From assembly GCF_009834535.1 (NCBI RefSeq), contig NC_045698.1:6884001-6948000 (forward strand): DNA of 64,000 nt, given 5' to 3'. Positions 21,678 through 35,994 of this stretch are shown here, in pieces. Position 1 is the stretch's first letter. Every line of letters begins with the position of its first letter. The position numbers and the translations under genes are program-made. Origin of the DNA: Camelus ferus. Taxonomy: Eukaryota. Under the pieces are notes generated by a model that searched no databases, had not been told where the DNA came from, and saw only the letters and a program-made list of their open reading frames with translations.

Positions 21678-24569
21678 TCATGTATACAGGCCATGGTTAG
21701 CTATATTTATTGACTCACATGTGACTTTCAAAGAAAGCTTGACAATGAATTACCCTTAGCCTCTCATCATGATTACACATTATCCCATATTTATAGAATT
21801 TAAAGTGCATCCTGCCATATCCATTCCTGCCTCCTAAACCTCCAATTTCATTAATCTCATCAACTTGGCCTCATTGTCCACCTCACTTCTCCCCAATTTG
21901 TAAATCACTCAAAACATCTCTTCTAAGATTTTTTCTTCTTATTTCCTGAAACACAATATTCCCTTTATTTCACTTCAGTCTGTTTTTCAAGTTCAAAATG
22001 CTTTCCGAAATACAAGCCTGCCACTGCACAATTCTCCTTTTCTTTTCAACCCAGGCACAACTGAATGTGACTCAGCCATCATCACGACAAGTAAAGCGCT
22101 TTCCCAAAATACTCACCTACCTTTCCTCTTCCATCTTTTGCCTTGAAGCAAAATCCCCTTCGAAATGAAAGGGACTTCTTCATGCAATAGAATCCAGTGA
22201 CAATGGAATTTGACTAGACCTTTTCGGCCTTTTCAAAATGTCAAGGTTACAATGCAGATTTGCTGCTAATTGATACCCAGGCACCTGACTTTTCTTAATC
22301 AAAAGAAGTAAGAGGGAAAAAAAAGGGCTCCCCTCCTCCCCAAATACTAGCACAAAATGCTAATTAAATTCTATCTTACTTTAAGGAAACCCCATGACAA
22401 GAATTTTCTTTTATCTAAGCTGGAATATCTGGAGTAAGAATTGTGAACATCAAGTACCGGTTGCTTCAGGGTTTTCCTTATGACACATTTCATGTTCCTG
22501 AACCTTCCTCTCGTGCAAGTATTCTATGAAAGTTCAAATAGGGGATCCGTTCTGCATGCCAGATAATAGTTAAAACCACGGGAGCATTTGTCTACAAATG
22601 CAGACTAATCAGTCAGTCTTACATTCACTTTTACTCCAGAATGAAGGGCACTATGAATACATTTGAATTGTTCAACAATGACATAACTTACCTTCTCTAT
22701 CGTCCATTTTTAAAAAATTTTTTGCCCTCTCATGAGTTTTATTAACTGAAGTTTGATTACAGAGGGAAAGAATGAGTACCCTCTAATTCTCTGAATCAAT
22801 TTTTAAGAAAATAAGTTTTTAGAAACACAAGAGAACCATATGTTTACTATAGAAAATTCAGATAAACCAAAATAAAGAAAATTACACATAATTCTACTTT
22901 CCAAGATACTCACTTCTAATGTTTTGAAATATTTTTTCTGTATTTTTACTGGGGGTACATATATACATATGTGTATATATGTGTATTTTTTTTTTAGAAA
23001 AATGGCATCTTATTGACAATTTTTTTAAATTGAAGTAGAGTCTATTTACAATGTTGCGTTAGATGATCCATTTAGTGGCTCAATGGACTAAGCAGAAGGT
23101 AAAATAAGGAAAAATTGTTCTTCTTTCTCTGGCTCTGTTGGAGAAAGAGCGTGTGACCTTGAGAAAAGAAAATACCCTTCCTCTGACTTTGTTTTCTCAT
23201 TTGCAAATCAGGGAAAGCAAAGTCCTACTAATTTACTAATAAATTATCTCATTACTGAATGTAAACACTGTTATTGTTTAGCATTTATTTCCGCAATACT
23301 GTCAGGACATTTTGAAATTTCTGCATGAAATATACAACTTAATGCAGTGTTTCTCCTTCTCTGTCTCCCGTGGCGTGTTGGAAGAGGCAAGGCAGAATGG
23401 TGAACACATGGGCAATGTAAACGAAATGCTTTTTAATTCATTTTGAGATGGATAAAAGGAAATGTAATTAAGCTTTCTAAAAGCCTTCCAAATAAACTTC
23501 CCTTAAAGACAAAATGGAAAGAAGGTTGTAACTGATCAAAGTAGTACATCAGATTCCTTGACAATGGAGATGAAGGGCAGACTGGGTTAACCATGCAGTG
23601 TAATCCAGAGATTTTACAGGGTGGAAGGGAAGCGCCAGAAGCAGGGGTCAGATGCACAGAGAAACAAACTCCATGTCTGAAGCCTTGAGCTCAGACTGAC
23701 AATTGGTGTAAGCGATCTCTCTCTGTCTCTCTCTCTTTTATGTATATACAATTAAATATATCTATAACCTGTGCTTTATTTAATGGTGAAAAGCCAAGAT
23801 GTCTTACAAAAAGGAAAGAGAAAGCTCTGCACAAGGATTTAGACAAGGAATTCCTTCTGCTACACATGCAAACTGCCAAGGATAGCAAAGGATCCACAGC
23901 AAATACTAACCACTCAAGAGGTCTGTTTGATGCCTAAATTCTGGTCCCTGGGGAAAAAAAAAAGATTTTAATAAAACAAAAACGAGCATAAACATACTCA
24001 ACAGCCCACATATATTTTTAGCATATCATTGGGTTACATTTGTAAACTAGTTAGTAAACTCAACAAAATGAACATGCCGTGTATTTGTTCCAGAATTTTT
24101 CACTGTTCAGTAAACTCAAGCTAAAGCAAAACTATGTTTATTTCTCAGGACACTGTAATTGCACTTCCCTTGAAATTACACACATGAGAAGTGGTCACCC
24201 TCTTAGGGTCATTAATATTCCTGAAATGCACCCATCAGAGAAACAGGCATTTTTATCCTTTTTTAATAGATGTGCATGTTCCCACTTGTCAACAGCCCAG
24301 ACATGTAGCGGGGCTCCATTTTGAACTGATTGTGAGGTTAACTCTTATGTGTCAAAAGACATAAATTTATCAAGATGTCAGTTTCCTCTTTCAAGGAGTA
24401 TATGTCTTTATTGTAAAACAAAATCCTGAGCATCCATTAAAGACTGAATATTCTGTGATATATAGTCTATCAACTGTCACCAACATTCTGTTTTGATTGT
24501 TTTCTTACCCCCTTTTCAACGTGATCAATTATGAATATGTTATTCTTCCTCAATCCAACACATTCCTTT

Positions 24570-24870
24570 TCTTTTTTTCTTTTTTGAAGTTTTTTTTTAA
24601 TTGAAGTCTAGTCAGTTTACAATATTGTGTCAGTTTCCGGTGTACAGACTAATGTTTCCGTCATCCATATACATATGTTCCTTTTCATATTCTATTTCAT
24701 TTATAGGTCACTACAAGATATTGAATATAGTTCTCTGTGCTGTACAGTAGAAACTTGTTATTTATTTGTTTTATATACAGTCGTTAGTATCTGCAAACCT
24801 CAAATTCCCAATTTAGCCCTTCCCTCTTTCTTTTCCCCCTGGTAGCCATCAGTCTGTTTTCTATGGCTAT
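24570..24870 (-). mobile_element. L1 3'-UTR fragment
   Basis: T-tail, then 'ttgaagtctagtcagtttacaatattgtgtcagtttccggtgtacag...ggtagccatcagtctgttttctatg'. Confidence 0.88.
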
Positions 24871-26129
24871 AGCACATTATTTTTGAAAAGATAGTATACA
24901 ATGTTAATCTGCTCATAAAATATCTACGCAGGATAATCAATTACAATTCATCTTTTGGCTCTTTGTATTTCAAAGACAGTGAAAATCTCAAACATTCTGT
25001 TGTCAAAACAAGGTTTTAAGAACTGAAATAAACCTGAAACAATGATCGGGAGAGGGGCAAAACTAAAACACAATATAAAACCCCAATAATAAAAAACAGC
25101 CTTTGAATCATGGATGAGCACACATTGAAAAATCTATTGCTTTTTTCTGCAGACATTTCTCAGAGTAGTGCCAGGCTACCAGTCATCAGACACGCTCATC
25201 AGAAATAGTGGGAAATAACTTATCTCAGGGAGAAACATTTCATTACTCGGTGTGATGAAAAGCAGCATTACTACAGAGGCATTCTAATCGTCAAATCCTC
25301 CTAGCCTGCTGAAGTTTTTAGTATAAGGTATCCACATATACGCACGAGAACCATGAAACATCAAAGCGGTTTGTGACTTTAATAATAATAGAATTGATCA
25401 TTTATGCATGTTTAAATATAATTTTCTACCAAGCACATCACAATGCTCAAAGTTTAAATTAAAATACGCGAAATAAATGTTTAAATTAAACACAAGAGGG
25501 TAACAGTGGCTAATTTAAGGTGAGTCTGATTGAAGGTTGTTTTTATTTTATTTTTTGTAGTTTCTAAATTTTCTGCAATATATAGTTAATGTTTTATAAT
25601 AAAACATTTCAATTATATTTAATCTTTCCCAACTTACTAATCTTTTTATTACCTGCAAAATGTTTCCCTACATATGGCACTTGATGTGAGTCAAATCTTT
25701 AATAAGACTCTAAGGTCCACAAAATTAAGCAGAATATAAAAAAATTTAGTTTCAAACCCACATGTCACAAGCCAAAGAAATGTGTAGATGAACATTAATA
25801 TTTGTAACATCTTCTTCACTGAGAAAAATATTAAACTAAAAAACTTTAAAACTAAAAATAGCAGTTGTCTCCATGGAGATGGGACAGAGAGTAGATTTTA
25901 CTTTCTATTTCACACACACCTATGTTTTAAATTTTTGCTTTGCTTTTATTTCTTTATTTCTTCAATTTAAAAGAAAAACCTTCCTGCTTTCCTTGAAAAA
26001 GTTTCACTTTTTAATGAAAATCCTACATGATTCATAAATGTCCACATTTTCTGGTGGCAAAGTAAGAACTGATGTAGAAAAAATTTAATCTCTGAAACTC
26101 TGCAAACTAAAAACAAAGTTTAAGACGTC

Positions 26130-26265
26130 AGTAGTGGGGTATTGGGTTTCTTTTGGGCGTGATGGAAATGCTATAGAATTAGATAGCTGTGCAACCTTGT
26201 GATTGAGTCACTGAACATTACACTGTTAAGAGGTGAGTCCTGCTGTATGTGAATTATACCTGAAG
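26130..26265 (+). mobile_element. Old L1M 3'-end remnant
   Basis: 'gggtttcttttgggcgtgatggaaatgctatagaattagatag...gtatgtgaattatacct'. Confidence 0.65.
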
Positions 26266-26625
26266 AAAGAGGAGGAAGGAGGGAGCCGAGAAGACTGAGT
26301 TACCTGGGCTTCTTCCCCCGCAATCAGTGGCTCCTTCCAGCCAAAAGATGGAAGATGAGGGACAGACACTGCAGGCTCGGGACGACCAACAGAGGCAGTA
26401 GAATTCCCAAAGCCATCCTACCCACACTAAGACCTTGTCTGAGTCAAACTGCGTTGTACAAGCAGACACCTTGGCTATACCAAGAAGAGACGGTCAGGGA
26501 AGACATTTCGCCCCATGAGGACAGGAAATGACCTCCCTCACTCAGTTAGTGGCTTTTGCAAGACAACCCCTGCAGAGGTGTGGTCACCCTGAGACTCTCT
26601 ATGTTCTGTGGCCATGTCGGTGCCT

Positions 26626-27070
26626 CTGTCAGCTGGCTTTTGCTGAATAATTAACCATCTCTGAATTTAGTGGCTGAAAATGACAACAGTTTATGCCCAT
26701 GATTCTTGCAGGTCAGCCATTTGGGCTGTGGCTCAGCTGGGCTCACTCAGAGTCCACGTTCAGCCACAGGCCAGGTGGGTCGGCTGGCTGTGAGCTGATG
26801 GACTGCAGTGACTGGGCCACATCTCCCCCTTCATCCAGCCGGCTAGCCCGGGCATGTTCACACAGGGCAGCTGGCTCCCAACAGGACAAGCGAAGCTTGC
26901 AAGCCTCCTGAGCTGAGCTTCTGAATCAGCACAGACCACTTCCTCCACGTTCTCATGCCCCCAGCAGTGGGGAGACAGGCTGCCCCTCTGGATAGGAGGA
27001 ACCCCATCCAGAGGCATGGGATTCAGGGAGGGGAGCAACTGTGGCTGCTTTTTGAAGCAAGCCACCACAC
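26626..27070 (-). mobile_element. MLT1H/I-like solo LTR
   Basis: 'ttttgctgaataattaaccatctctgaatttagtggctgaaaatgac...gattcttgcaggtcagccatttgggctgtggctcagctggg'. Confidence 0.7.
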
Positions 27071-28049
27071 AGCCCTAGCAGTAGAGACCCCAAAATTGTA
27101 AACACAAGGAAAGAAAATACTGGAGAGCTCTCAACTCACGGGGCCAATGTTCCTCGAGGGACACAAGGAACACGATGATTTAAATGACTTCAAAGCCATG
27201 TATTATTCAAAGAGAGAGAGTTCTCACTGGAGAAAACATCCCCAGGTGAGTTGAGATGCATCTGTATCCCTCATCACCGTGTCCCTCCCTTTCCTTTAGA
27301 GCTCCTCAGTTACTTTTAGGTAGATAGAAGTAAGCTTAATTCGACAGGAAGGAAGGCTATAGCCCCTATGTAACCTTAGATGACAATAGCTGAGGAAGGT
27401 CTAGGGATGGCCAAGGGGGGCTCAGAGACGTCACAATGAGTCTAGGTCAAGGGAAGGTGCTGAGTTTCTGGTTCTTAAAGCAAAGGGCTATTTACATGCT
27501 TGAGTTCAGCATCCCTCAAAGATGAGATTAGCAGGTCAAGTCCCATGTTTCTCCAGATCCATTTCATATGGCTTAATTTTATAGGGTGAGACCAAGTAAC
27601 CAGGAAAACAGCAATTACCTCAAAATAAAGAATTGGGCAGAAGTCCTCAGGTATCACTGCACATCAGAATTTGTCAGTAAACTTATTAAAAATACTTCTC
27701 ATTGGGTTCCATTCTCAGACATTGACTCAAAAAATTGGGGATTTAATGCAAAAACCTGTAATTTTAGCAAGTGTCCTAGTTTGGACAAGTTTAGTTTTAT
27801 TATGTAAGAAAGGGGAATAATTATATCTGCTCCATCATGTTTCAAGCAGTGGACCAACAGGCGTGGGTGGGTGCAGCATGCTAGCCTGAGGTGCATTTAA
27901 GCAGATCCTACAAGCCAGGTTAATCAGAGAGGAAAAAAAGTCTGAAGGAGACAAGCTTATAGGCACAGTCCTATCTTTCTTTCCAGGATCTCTATTTTCT
28001 CTTGCCATCTACTATTCACTCATTAAAATCTAGTAGCTTCATGTTACTC

Positions 28050-28500
28050 CAGGTATACTGTAGGACTGCTTACTACTGCAAGTTACAAAGACCCCCACCC
28101 CCAAAGAATACTTCAGATAGAAATGTATTTGTTGTCAGTAAGGAGCTCAGCACTGACATGAAACCATAAGGGTTTTCGCTTTTCCAACCTCACCACATTG
28201 TCATTACTCAACTTCACAGTGTTAAGTTAGAACTGGGTCTCCAGCCATCACATCCCAGACAGAAACCCTGGAAGAAGGGGAACGAAGAAGCAGAGATTCC
28301 TTTCCTTTAAAGAAAAATTTCCTGGAATTTGCACATTTCAGTTCCACTCACATCCCATTCATCAGGACTTAGTCACGTGGAAAGGAAATCACCAGAAAGG
28401 AGGACTAGAAGATACAACCTCTGCTCTAGACTGAAAGGTGGAGGCTGAATTTCTATGGAAGAAGAAACAGAAACCGTAAAACAAGAAGAAATCCCTGCTG
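28050..28500 (-). mobile_element. Old MLT1 LTR remnant
   Basis: 'ctccagccatcacatcc...tccactcacatcccattcatcaggacttagtcacgtgg'. Confidence 0.55.
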
Positions 28501-29899
28501 TAACCAGGCTATATCAGAACATCTACCTATGTTCACAGTCTATAAAAAGTTTGCATAAAGATATTTACTGTAGAACTATTTATAATAGTAGATATTGGGA
28601 AACACATTAAATGATCAACAGTGGTAAATCACAAAGTCAACTATGGTACATCAGCTTAATAAAGTAATACAGAACCATCAGAAAGGTTGGTTACCAAGAT
28701 CACATAATCCTTTTCACCTTGAAACAGTGTCTAGCTCCTTCTACCTTCTCCCTTCAATACCCACAGAGCAGAAAAACTCCCAGCACTTAAAACAAAGACT
28801 GACAGAGAGACAAACTGATTCCTCAGCTTTGAGGGAAATGACCACAGGTAGCACAAAGAGTTTGACTAAGATAAATCCACCCAGGCTTCAGTTCATGGCA
28901 ACTTCAAACTCTATAAAACAAATTCATTCTAAAAATAAAAACAAAAGAACAAAAAGAAAAAGACATTTTCTACCCCTCAAACATCTGTCTGAACTAATTT
29001 GCATTCCACCCCACAATCCCAGGCCACTCCTGAAGCACTGGCAGATGAGCGGGCTTCACTTCCCACCAACATCCCTATGCTCTCTTGCTGTTGTCAACAT
29101 CTACACAGAAATACAAATTCCAGGGCACAGCTTAGGAGGAAGTAAGGAGGAAGATGCTAGCGGAATCTTGGTGCTTTCTGGTTGATGATGTTTCAGGGGT
29201 AAAGCTTTATAAGGTGGGGGCAGGGACAGAGAGTCTTGACAGCAGCAAGCTGAGAATTGTAGCTTCAGGGTGTCTTTCGGGAAAACCATTGTACATTAGG
29301 AAAGATTTAGATACTGGGAATCCTAGCAGGAGCCCTGCACATCAACAGCACCCCTCTTCCAACTAGATTCAAGGAGGGATCCATTCACCCCACAAGTGGG
29401 CAGAGAGAAGACACAAGACCACCCCTGCTTGCTTTCTCTTTTCACAAGCACTCTATTGGAACAGATTTTTCCTTGTTTGATTTTGAATATCAGTGAGAAC
29501 ACTACTTCAAATCTGAAAGGTCAGTGGAGGGACAGATCCTTGATGAACCTTTTGCACTGGATAGACAAATTCTGCAGCCATCATTTTGGCAACTTCAGAG
29601 GATGGCAAGGTCCGACTATTTGGAAACACCTGCAGAATATCCATAAGGCAGAAATGAACTGAGATAAGAAAACAAGAATCTGATAATAAATGGGAGATGG
29701 TTGAATAGGACTTCCAAGAATGCAAGATACTATGGCAAAGTTACCATCGCAAGGGGGGATGAATGCCTTTGCTACTGTAGAAGGTAGACAGCCATGAACA
29801 GGCTAAAAGGGGACTCCTCTCTCAAAATGAAAGCATCCCCTCCACCCTCCAAGAAAATATGAGCTTGGAAAAACAGAACAAGAAAAGTATGAAAATTAT

Positions 29900-31200
29900 G
29901 TCTTTCAAAAGTAACTACAAAACATCACCATGAAAAGAAAAAAGACTTGAACAAAGGCAGAGTCTCCATTTTTCTGGATTGGAGGACTTAATATTAGAAA
30001 GGAAACAAGTCTCCCTCTGTTGGTAGGAGAGTTAAAAAATGTGACATTTCTTGAGAGGAGGCCACTTAGGAAGTATGTCACAGCGTTTCTTAACATTTTT
30101 CCTTTTATCACCATCATTCCCCCTTTAGACATTTTCCCCTAATCGATTGCCCCCCTGAAAATTGAATCCTACAGGTTTCAAACTGCTGAATGTGTGTTTA
30201 TGTACTGTATGTGGAACTGTGCTCTTTACATAGAAGAAATGGGATTTTTCCACCCTCTCCCACAAAAATATTGTTATAGCTGCATGGATTTTCAAACACT
30301 CTGTAGAAATCAACTAAAATCACTTTTATGCTCAAATTGTTATGATTTTGGCCAACGGAAGCACCTTCTAGTTTAATCTTAAATCTTTTTGTCCATTAAT
30401 CTGAAAAGATGTCCTTGTTTTCTGGCATAACAAGCTGTTCCAGTCTCAGCTTGTACCTTTCTTGGCTTAAAATAAGTCATTTCTCTAGGGGGCCATGATT
30501 TCCTTATGGAGTGAATGGTATTAAAGACCGAGATCTGATTGTTAGGGGTGCTCATTACGACTGAGGTGATATTGTTTCTACATCGTTATCAGCGGTTGGT
30601 GAGAAATAGAAAATGTAATTTTAAAATTACGACTATATAAGATATTTTTAATTTAATTTTACCATTACAGTGTTCTTAGCTTTATCTTACCACATATATA
30701 CATTTTAAATAATGATACTAATATTATTACTACTAATAAAACCACTGAATGAAGTTTCCAATTTTCATAATTCTTTTTAATTTTTAGATGCATGATACTA
30801 AAGATTTACATTTAGTTCTATAAAGTCATTTGAGATAAATCCTTTCTCTGTCATGAATTTGATATACCACTATATCTGTTTCAATTTGCTTTAAAATTTG
30901 CTAATACCTATATGATTCAAAAGTTAAGGTGAAAAAGAACACACTGAAATGTCTCGATAGGTAACTATTTCATTGGTTTCTTTTTTATTCTCCCACTGTT
31001 TGTTTTTACAAATATGTACATAAGAAATAAAAATATCTCTTACTCTTGCAAAGTTAACTTTACTAATTAGTAGAATTTTCAGTTAATATATTATAGAGGT
31101 TAGCATTTTTTTAACCTGCACAAGATAATTCTTTATAGCTACACATGTTTGCTTTTTTTCCAGTGATCCTGTACATATACTTAAAATTCTTTTTTAAATT
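29900..31200. mobile_element. Ancient L1ME-type remnants, mostly minus
   Basis: 'ttttctggattggaggacttaatatt' and 'ttgttttctggcataacaagctgttccagtctcagcttgtacc...catttctctagggggccatgatttcc'. Confidence 0.55.
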
Positions 31201-32749
31201 AAGAGACACATTTTAGCCTTAACCTTACTTGTCCTCTAGGCATCTTTTGACTTTTCCCTTCTTTTGGAAACATCCTCCTTTTTTTACTTTCATGGAACAC
31301 AGTCCTTGATTTTCTTGCCACCAAACTCTCAGATTCCCTCGAAGTCTCCTCTTCTCACCGTCTCTTAAATGCTAATGTTCTTTGGGAGCTTCCTGATTCA
31401 TTTCATGTCCTCATCATTCTGTGCTTGAAGCTAAAAAACATGTGCGTGTCTAACCTGTAGAGTCATGTAGAGATGGGCGGGAGATAATGCTGAATGGTAC
31501 AGTTGAATTCCACACCATAGGAAACAGCTGTCCATCCTTAATTAAATGCAGTAAATTAGGCTTTATCATACATTCATACCCCCAAACTGCTGTAAATCAG
31601 AAAGATGATGTATTAACCTTGAAACATCACACTTGATAACAACAAAACCCCCAAATAAGGTATAGCCTTTTATGTTACTTCAGGTTAGTAGAGAACAGCT
31701 TTATTGCCTCTACTTGGTATATGGACACTTCTCTGTAGGAACACTCACTGTGAGCCTAAGATTATAAAGTGCTCTGTCATGAATACAGAGGAAATGTGTT
31801 TCTGCACAGTGTGAGTGATAATTAGCTACTGATAAAGCACCTCAACTGTGTTGAGAATTTGAAATAAATGGATTTATGTCAAAAGGGAAGCCAGCAAATG
31901 TAACGTTACATTGCTAGGGAGAGAAATTACTGCGAAGTAATGATTGTTTAGTCAGAGGCCAACATTTCTGCAAAAGCTCTGAAATAAAAATTTTGAATAA
32001 CCAAAGGCATTAAAAGCTCTTGTTTTATTAAGCCATAGGTCTGATAATTCTTACTAAAAACAAACAAACAAAAAATGTCATTCCATTTCAAGTGGGTAAA
32101 ATAGAGACAAGAATCATGGAACAGAGGAGGGATTCAGACACACCACGTGGTCCTTCCTCTGAGAACATCTCAGGACACTGAGATTTTATCCTACCTCTGC
32201 AATCATAGACAAGGACATTTCTCATCCTCCAAAATAATTTATGTGATTTAAAACAAAAACCTCCGCCTGATGACCAATTAACTCCACTATAATTGTTGAA
32301 CTTAGAATCCAGATGTATCTCTTTTCTGCTTTCAATCACAAGGAAGGACAGTGATCGCCCCCCATCTCCCCGCCACTAATTTCTGCTTCAGCGTCCTGCT
32401 GGAAAGACAGAAACCTGGTCTACTAAACCCCAGCTGAGAGGTCCTGTCCTGAGTGGCAGGAATTCTCCCTTCAGCTCCAGAACTGTCCAAGTAACCCAGA
32501 AAAGAAGAGCCTTCAGAGATCAGGACAGAGAGGTACAGTTGAAGTACAAGTCAAACCAGAGCCCACACACCAGCAGAAACAGGGGGCTCAGAAGAGCAGG
32601 TGCTAGAGATGGGGGAGATGACATGAGCAACAGGTGTGAGACCACAAGGCTGCTGTGTGGCACACCTGTGGCTTTGTCCAGGGAGGGAAGTTGTAACTAT
32701 TAAGAGCACTAGGCTGCTCAAAGAGTTACTGGATAGAGACAAAAGCTAG

Positions 32750-32779
32750 GTAGGTAGATAGATAGATGATAGATAGATA
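32750..32779. repeat. (TAGG)/(TAGA)n microsatellite
   Basis: ggtaggtagatagatagatgatagatagata. Confidence 0.8.
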
Positions 32780-33169
32780 TAAGCAAGTGTCTGGCATCAG
32801 AATATCAAGTCTTCTTTGGAAGATCCCTTTGCTGGACACTTGTTGGAAGGGATCTTGAGGTGTCTATCTGATACCAAAGCAAGAGTCATTGCTCTCATAT
32901 TTCCAACCCATAGGGCACTAACTCTGAGGCCTCTTATTTCAGTGGTCGCTGAGATGATCTCATGTGATGCCTGCTTAGCAGAGTTGAATACAGATGTGGA
33001 GAAGCAGTGACTCACTCAAGCTGTGCCATTCTCCCTGAGGCTGCATTCACTCAAAGATTTTAGTCTTCCAACAAATTCCAATGCATGTGGATTTTTAAAA
33101 AATCACCTCATGCTTGTGTGTCCCTGGGAAAAATATAAGTTCATCTCGTGATTGGTCAAAACCATTAAG

Positions 33170-33920
33170 ACTTCAACGAATAAATAGACAAAGGTCATGA
33201 AGACACATTTACAAAAAGAAGAAACAAACCTTGCTGACAAACATAAGGAAAATATTTGTGTGTGTATATGAGAGAGAGAGACAGAGACAGAGAACTGAAG
33301 CAAGCGATCATTTTCTCTATCAAATTAGCCTCCAATTATAACATAATTATATAATTAAAGTATGATATAAAATTACTTTATAATATAACTGCTGGAGAGT
33401 ACACTGGTGAGACCAAAAACACATTGCTTTGGGAGATGCAACTTGACGGAAGTTGTCTAGAAGGCAATTGTACAGCGTTATCCACAACCTCAAACATGTT
33501 CACTTCCATTGATCCCAGAAGCTCGGGAGTAACACCCCATCATGGTGAAAGGGTGGGAGCCTAGAGTGAAGTGTTATGCAAGACGTTTTCCACAGGCTTA
33601 TGACTAGAAGCAAAAAAAAAGCATATGACTGTATAAACGACGGCATAATCTCACAAAAGAATAATATGGAGCCATACAAATGTTTACCAAAAACAACATT
33701 TAGAAATGCTCATTTTAATATAAATTTAAAATAACAAGACACTGAATTGTATAACATGCAACACTATTTAGACATTTTTTAACCAGAGGAAAATACTGAA
33801 AGAAAATCCAGTGAAAAATGGAAGGTGAGTGTGAGGGATGCAATTATGTTTTTGCTTTTGTGTGTGTGAATTCTTGGGCGGAGTTCTAGTTCTCTCCAAT
33901 GAGCATATTGCAATTTTTTT
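33170..33920 (+). mobile_element. Ancient L1ME 3' region
   Basis: 'aaatagacaaaggtcatgaagacacatttacaaaaagaagaa...catttttctctatcaaattagc...ccattgatcccag'. Confidence 0.6.
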
Positions 33921-35299
33921 TTTCAAATGATAGCAACATCCTAGCTTTAAAGAAAAGCCAGGCTTCTTACTAGATTCATTTTTTCAGATTATTCTGTTAT
34001 CTTAAAATTATTATCAACTGCTTGCCTTTTCTCTGCCAAGACAAAATAATTTTTGCTTTTTAAACATCTTCTTCACAGGTCTTACTTACTGACTCTTTAA
34101 TTATATTTGTTACTGTTGTTTGAAAAGGTCTCAAGATTCTTCTCTAAGAACTTTCCAAAGAAAATGCAGACATATTAGAGAGCTCATAGGATCACTAAGT
34201 TGTTAGGAGAGTCTCAGAGTTATTTTAGTTTGACTCTGACTTTTTTTAATCGAAAAAAAATAGAAGTTGAGAGAAATGTTGTGCCCTTTAGGGTTTCACA
34301 GAACCAATCAGCACAATGGCCAGCTTTTCCATTTACTCTTTTATTTACATAAAATAACTGGACCTGTTAGCAAGTCCAGTTCATCTCCAGGTTGGCTTTT
34401 CACCCTCTTTTGATGAGCAATCTATTCTGCGTCTCATTCTCCTAGTTCTGTTACTGATTAAACGTACGTGAAGCTATGCATGCACTGACCTCTCTGCATT
34501 GCACCAGTCCTCAGCAAAGTAAATGAGCAACGTTCTCCTTCCCTCACCTCCAGACAGTCTTGTGCTGTCCCTGTGCAAGGACTGGAAAGGGACAGAGATG
34601 AGTTTTAGCAGAATCCACCAGGCAACTCGGCTAAAACACAGCTGTGCTTGTCCTGGAATACGGTCGAGACTCTGATCGAAAATAGGTGCATATTAATGTT
34701 CGGAGACTTTCTTGAAAAGAGGAGTCTGGAATTGAAGCAAAAGGCAAAACTCTTGAGAAAAGAGAAGGCTGATCATTCTGCCAACGTCTGCTCCTCACCA
34801 AGGTTCTCCCCACAGCTGCTCCGTGCTGGAAGAGTGGCTCTTCTCTCACCCTAATCTGTACGAACTCTCACTTCCCAAGCACTTGAGGCAGAGGAGGTTA
34901 ACCACTGAGATTCAGAGGGGTTCCCTCTGGGACACATCGCCTGCACGTAAACAAAGTGAGCCAAAAAGGTCATGACGTGTCAGCGAAGCTCGTGACTCCA
35001 CGCAAGCTGGCAAACTTTGAAATAAGATTAATTAAAACAAACGAAAGACATAGCAAGCCAAAATACTGATAACTGAATTGAAGGGCTCTTCAAATATTTC
35101 CCTACGTTATGTAACTTCCTTTCACTTTTTCAACGTTCTTGCTAAGCGTATCTTCTATTAAAGAAGACTTCTTGGTATGTTGTGAATAGACTACCTTAAG
35201 GTAAAAGGACAAAGAAGGGCTAAAAATAAAAGGATAACCTAATGTCCATGGATAAGTGCAACTAGAAGACAGCTGAGTAACAATTAACATCAGGTAAAA

Positions 35300-35417
35300 C
35301 GGGGGGAGGGTATAGCTCAGTGGTAGAGTGTGTGCCTAACATGCACGAGGTCCTGGGTTCAATCCCCAGCACTGTCATTAAACATAAATGAATAAACCTA
35401 ATTACCCTCCCCCCAAA
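35300..35417 (+). mobile_element. Camelid tRNA-derived SINE (Vic-1-like)
   Basis: GGGGAGGGTATAGCTCAGTGGTAGAG (A box)...GGTTCAATCCCCAG (B box), tail 'aaacctaattaccctcccccc'. 11-bp TSD atcaggtaaaa at 35289-35299 and 35418-35428. Confidence 0.92.
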
Positions 35418-35994
35418 ATCAGGTAAAAAGGAATGCCCTACTGGGACCCAAAAGAGGGGAAGAGGAAAAGAATAAAAGGGTCTGGATGGTATAAAAGGAA
35501 AAACCATCCCACCAAATCACCAAATCTGATTAAGGGCTGTTTTCTTTGTAGTTATAAATACAAGCACATACATGAAATTGCTGTTTTGGTAGGTCAAGAA
35601 CAGTTTGATACACAGTTGGAACTGGTTTAAGCAAATGAATTAATATATAAGATGCATATGCGCCCCTTGAGAGTGAGAACTGAGCTCCTTCAAGCCAGGC
35701 CTACTGTTATAGCTCTAAATTCTTTAATTTAAAGAAGACCTTTAGGCATCAGTGTTGGTTGAATTTCCTGGCTCCCCAGCAAGTAAAACAGGCATGTAGA
35801 ACATTTTAAGGGAGTGATTCCTGCCTCCGGGGGGTGGGGGGTGGGGTGCCAGCACTGGCTGGCTGGTGATTCCTTTGCTGAGTGTGGAGGTTACCTGACT
35901 TCCCAGCCCCTCCCCAAATCTCCACATCCATTTTCTAGGTTCCGTGTCCCTGGAGCACACAGATCCCCTCTCATGTCCAGAAAGGGAACTGAGC

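Noticed and set aside
28643..29185. 180-aa plus-strand ORF
   Set aside because: Begins in an L1 remnant, is A-rich, and has no recognisable domain or splice context.
35301..35372. tRNA gene
   Set aside because: It has a SINE tail and TSD and the acceptor stem is not properly paired; it is a SINE head.
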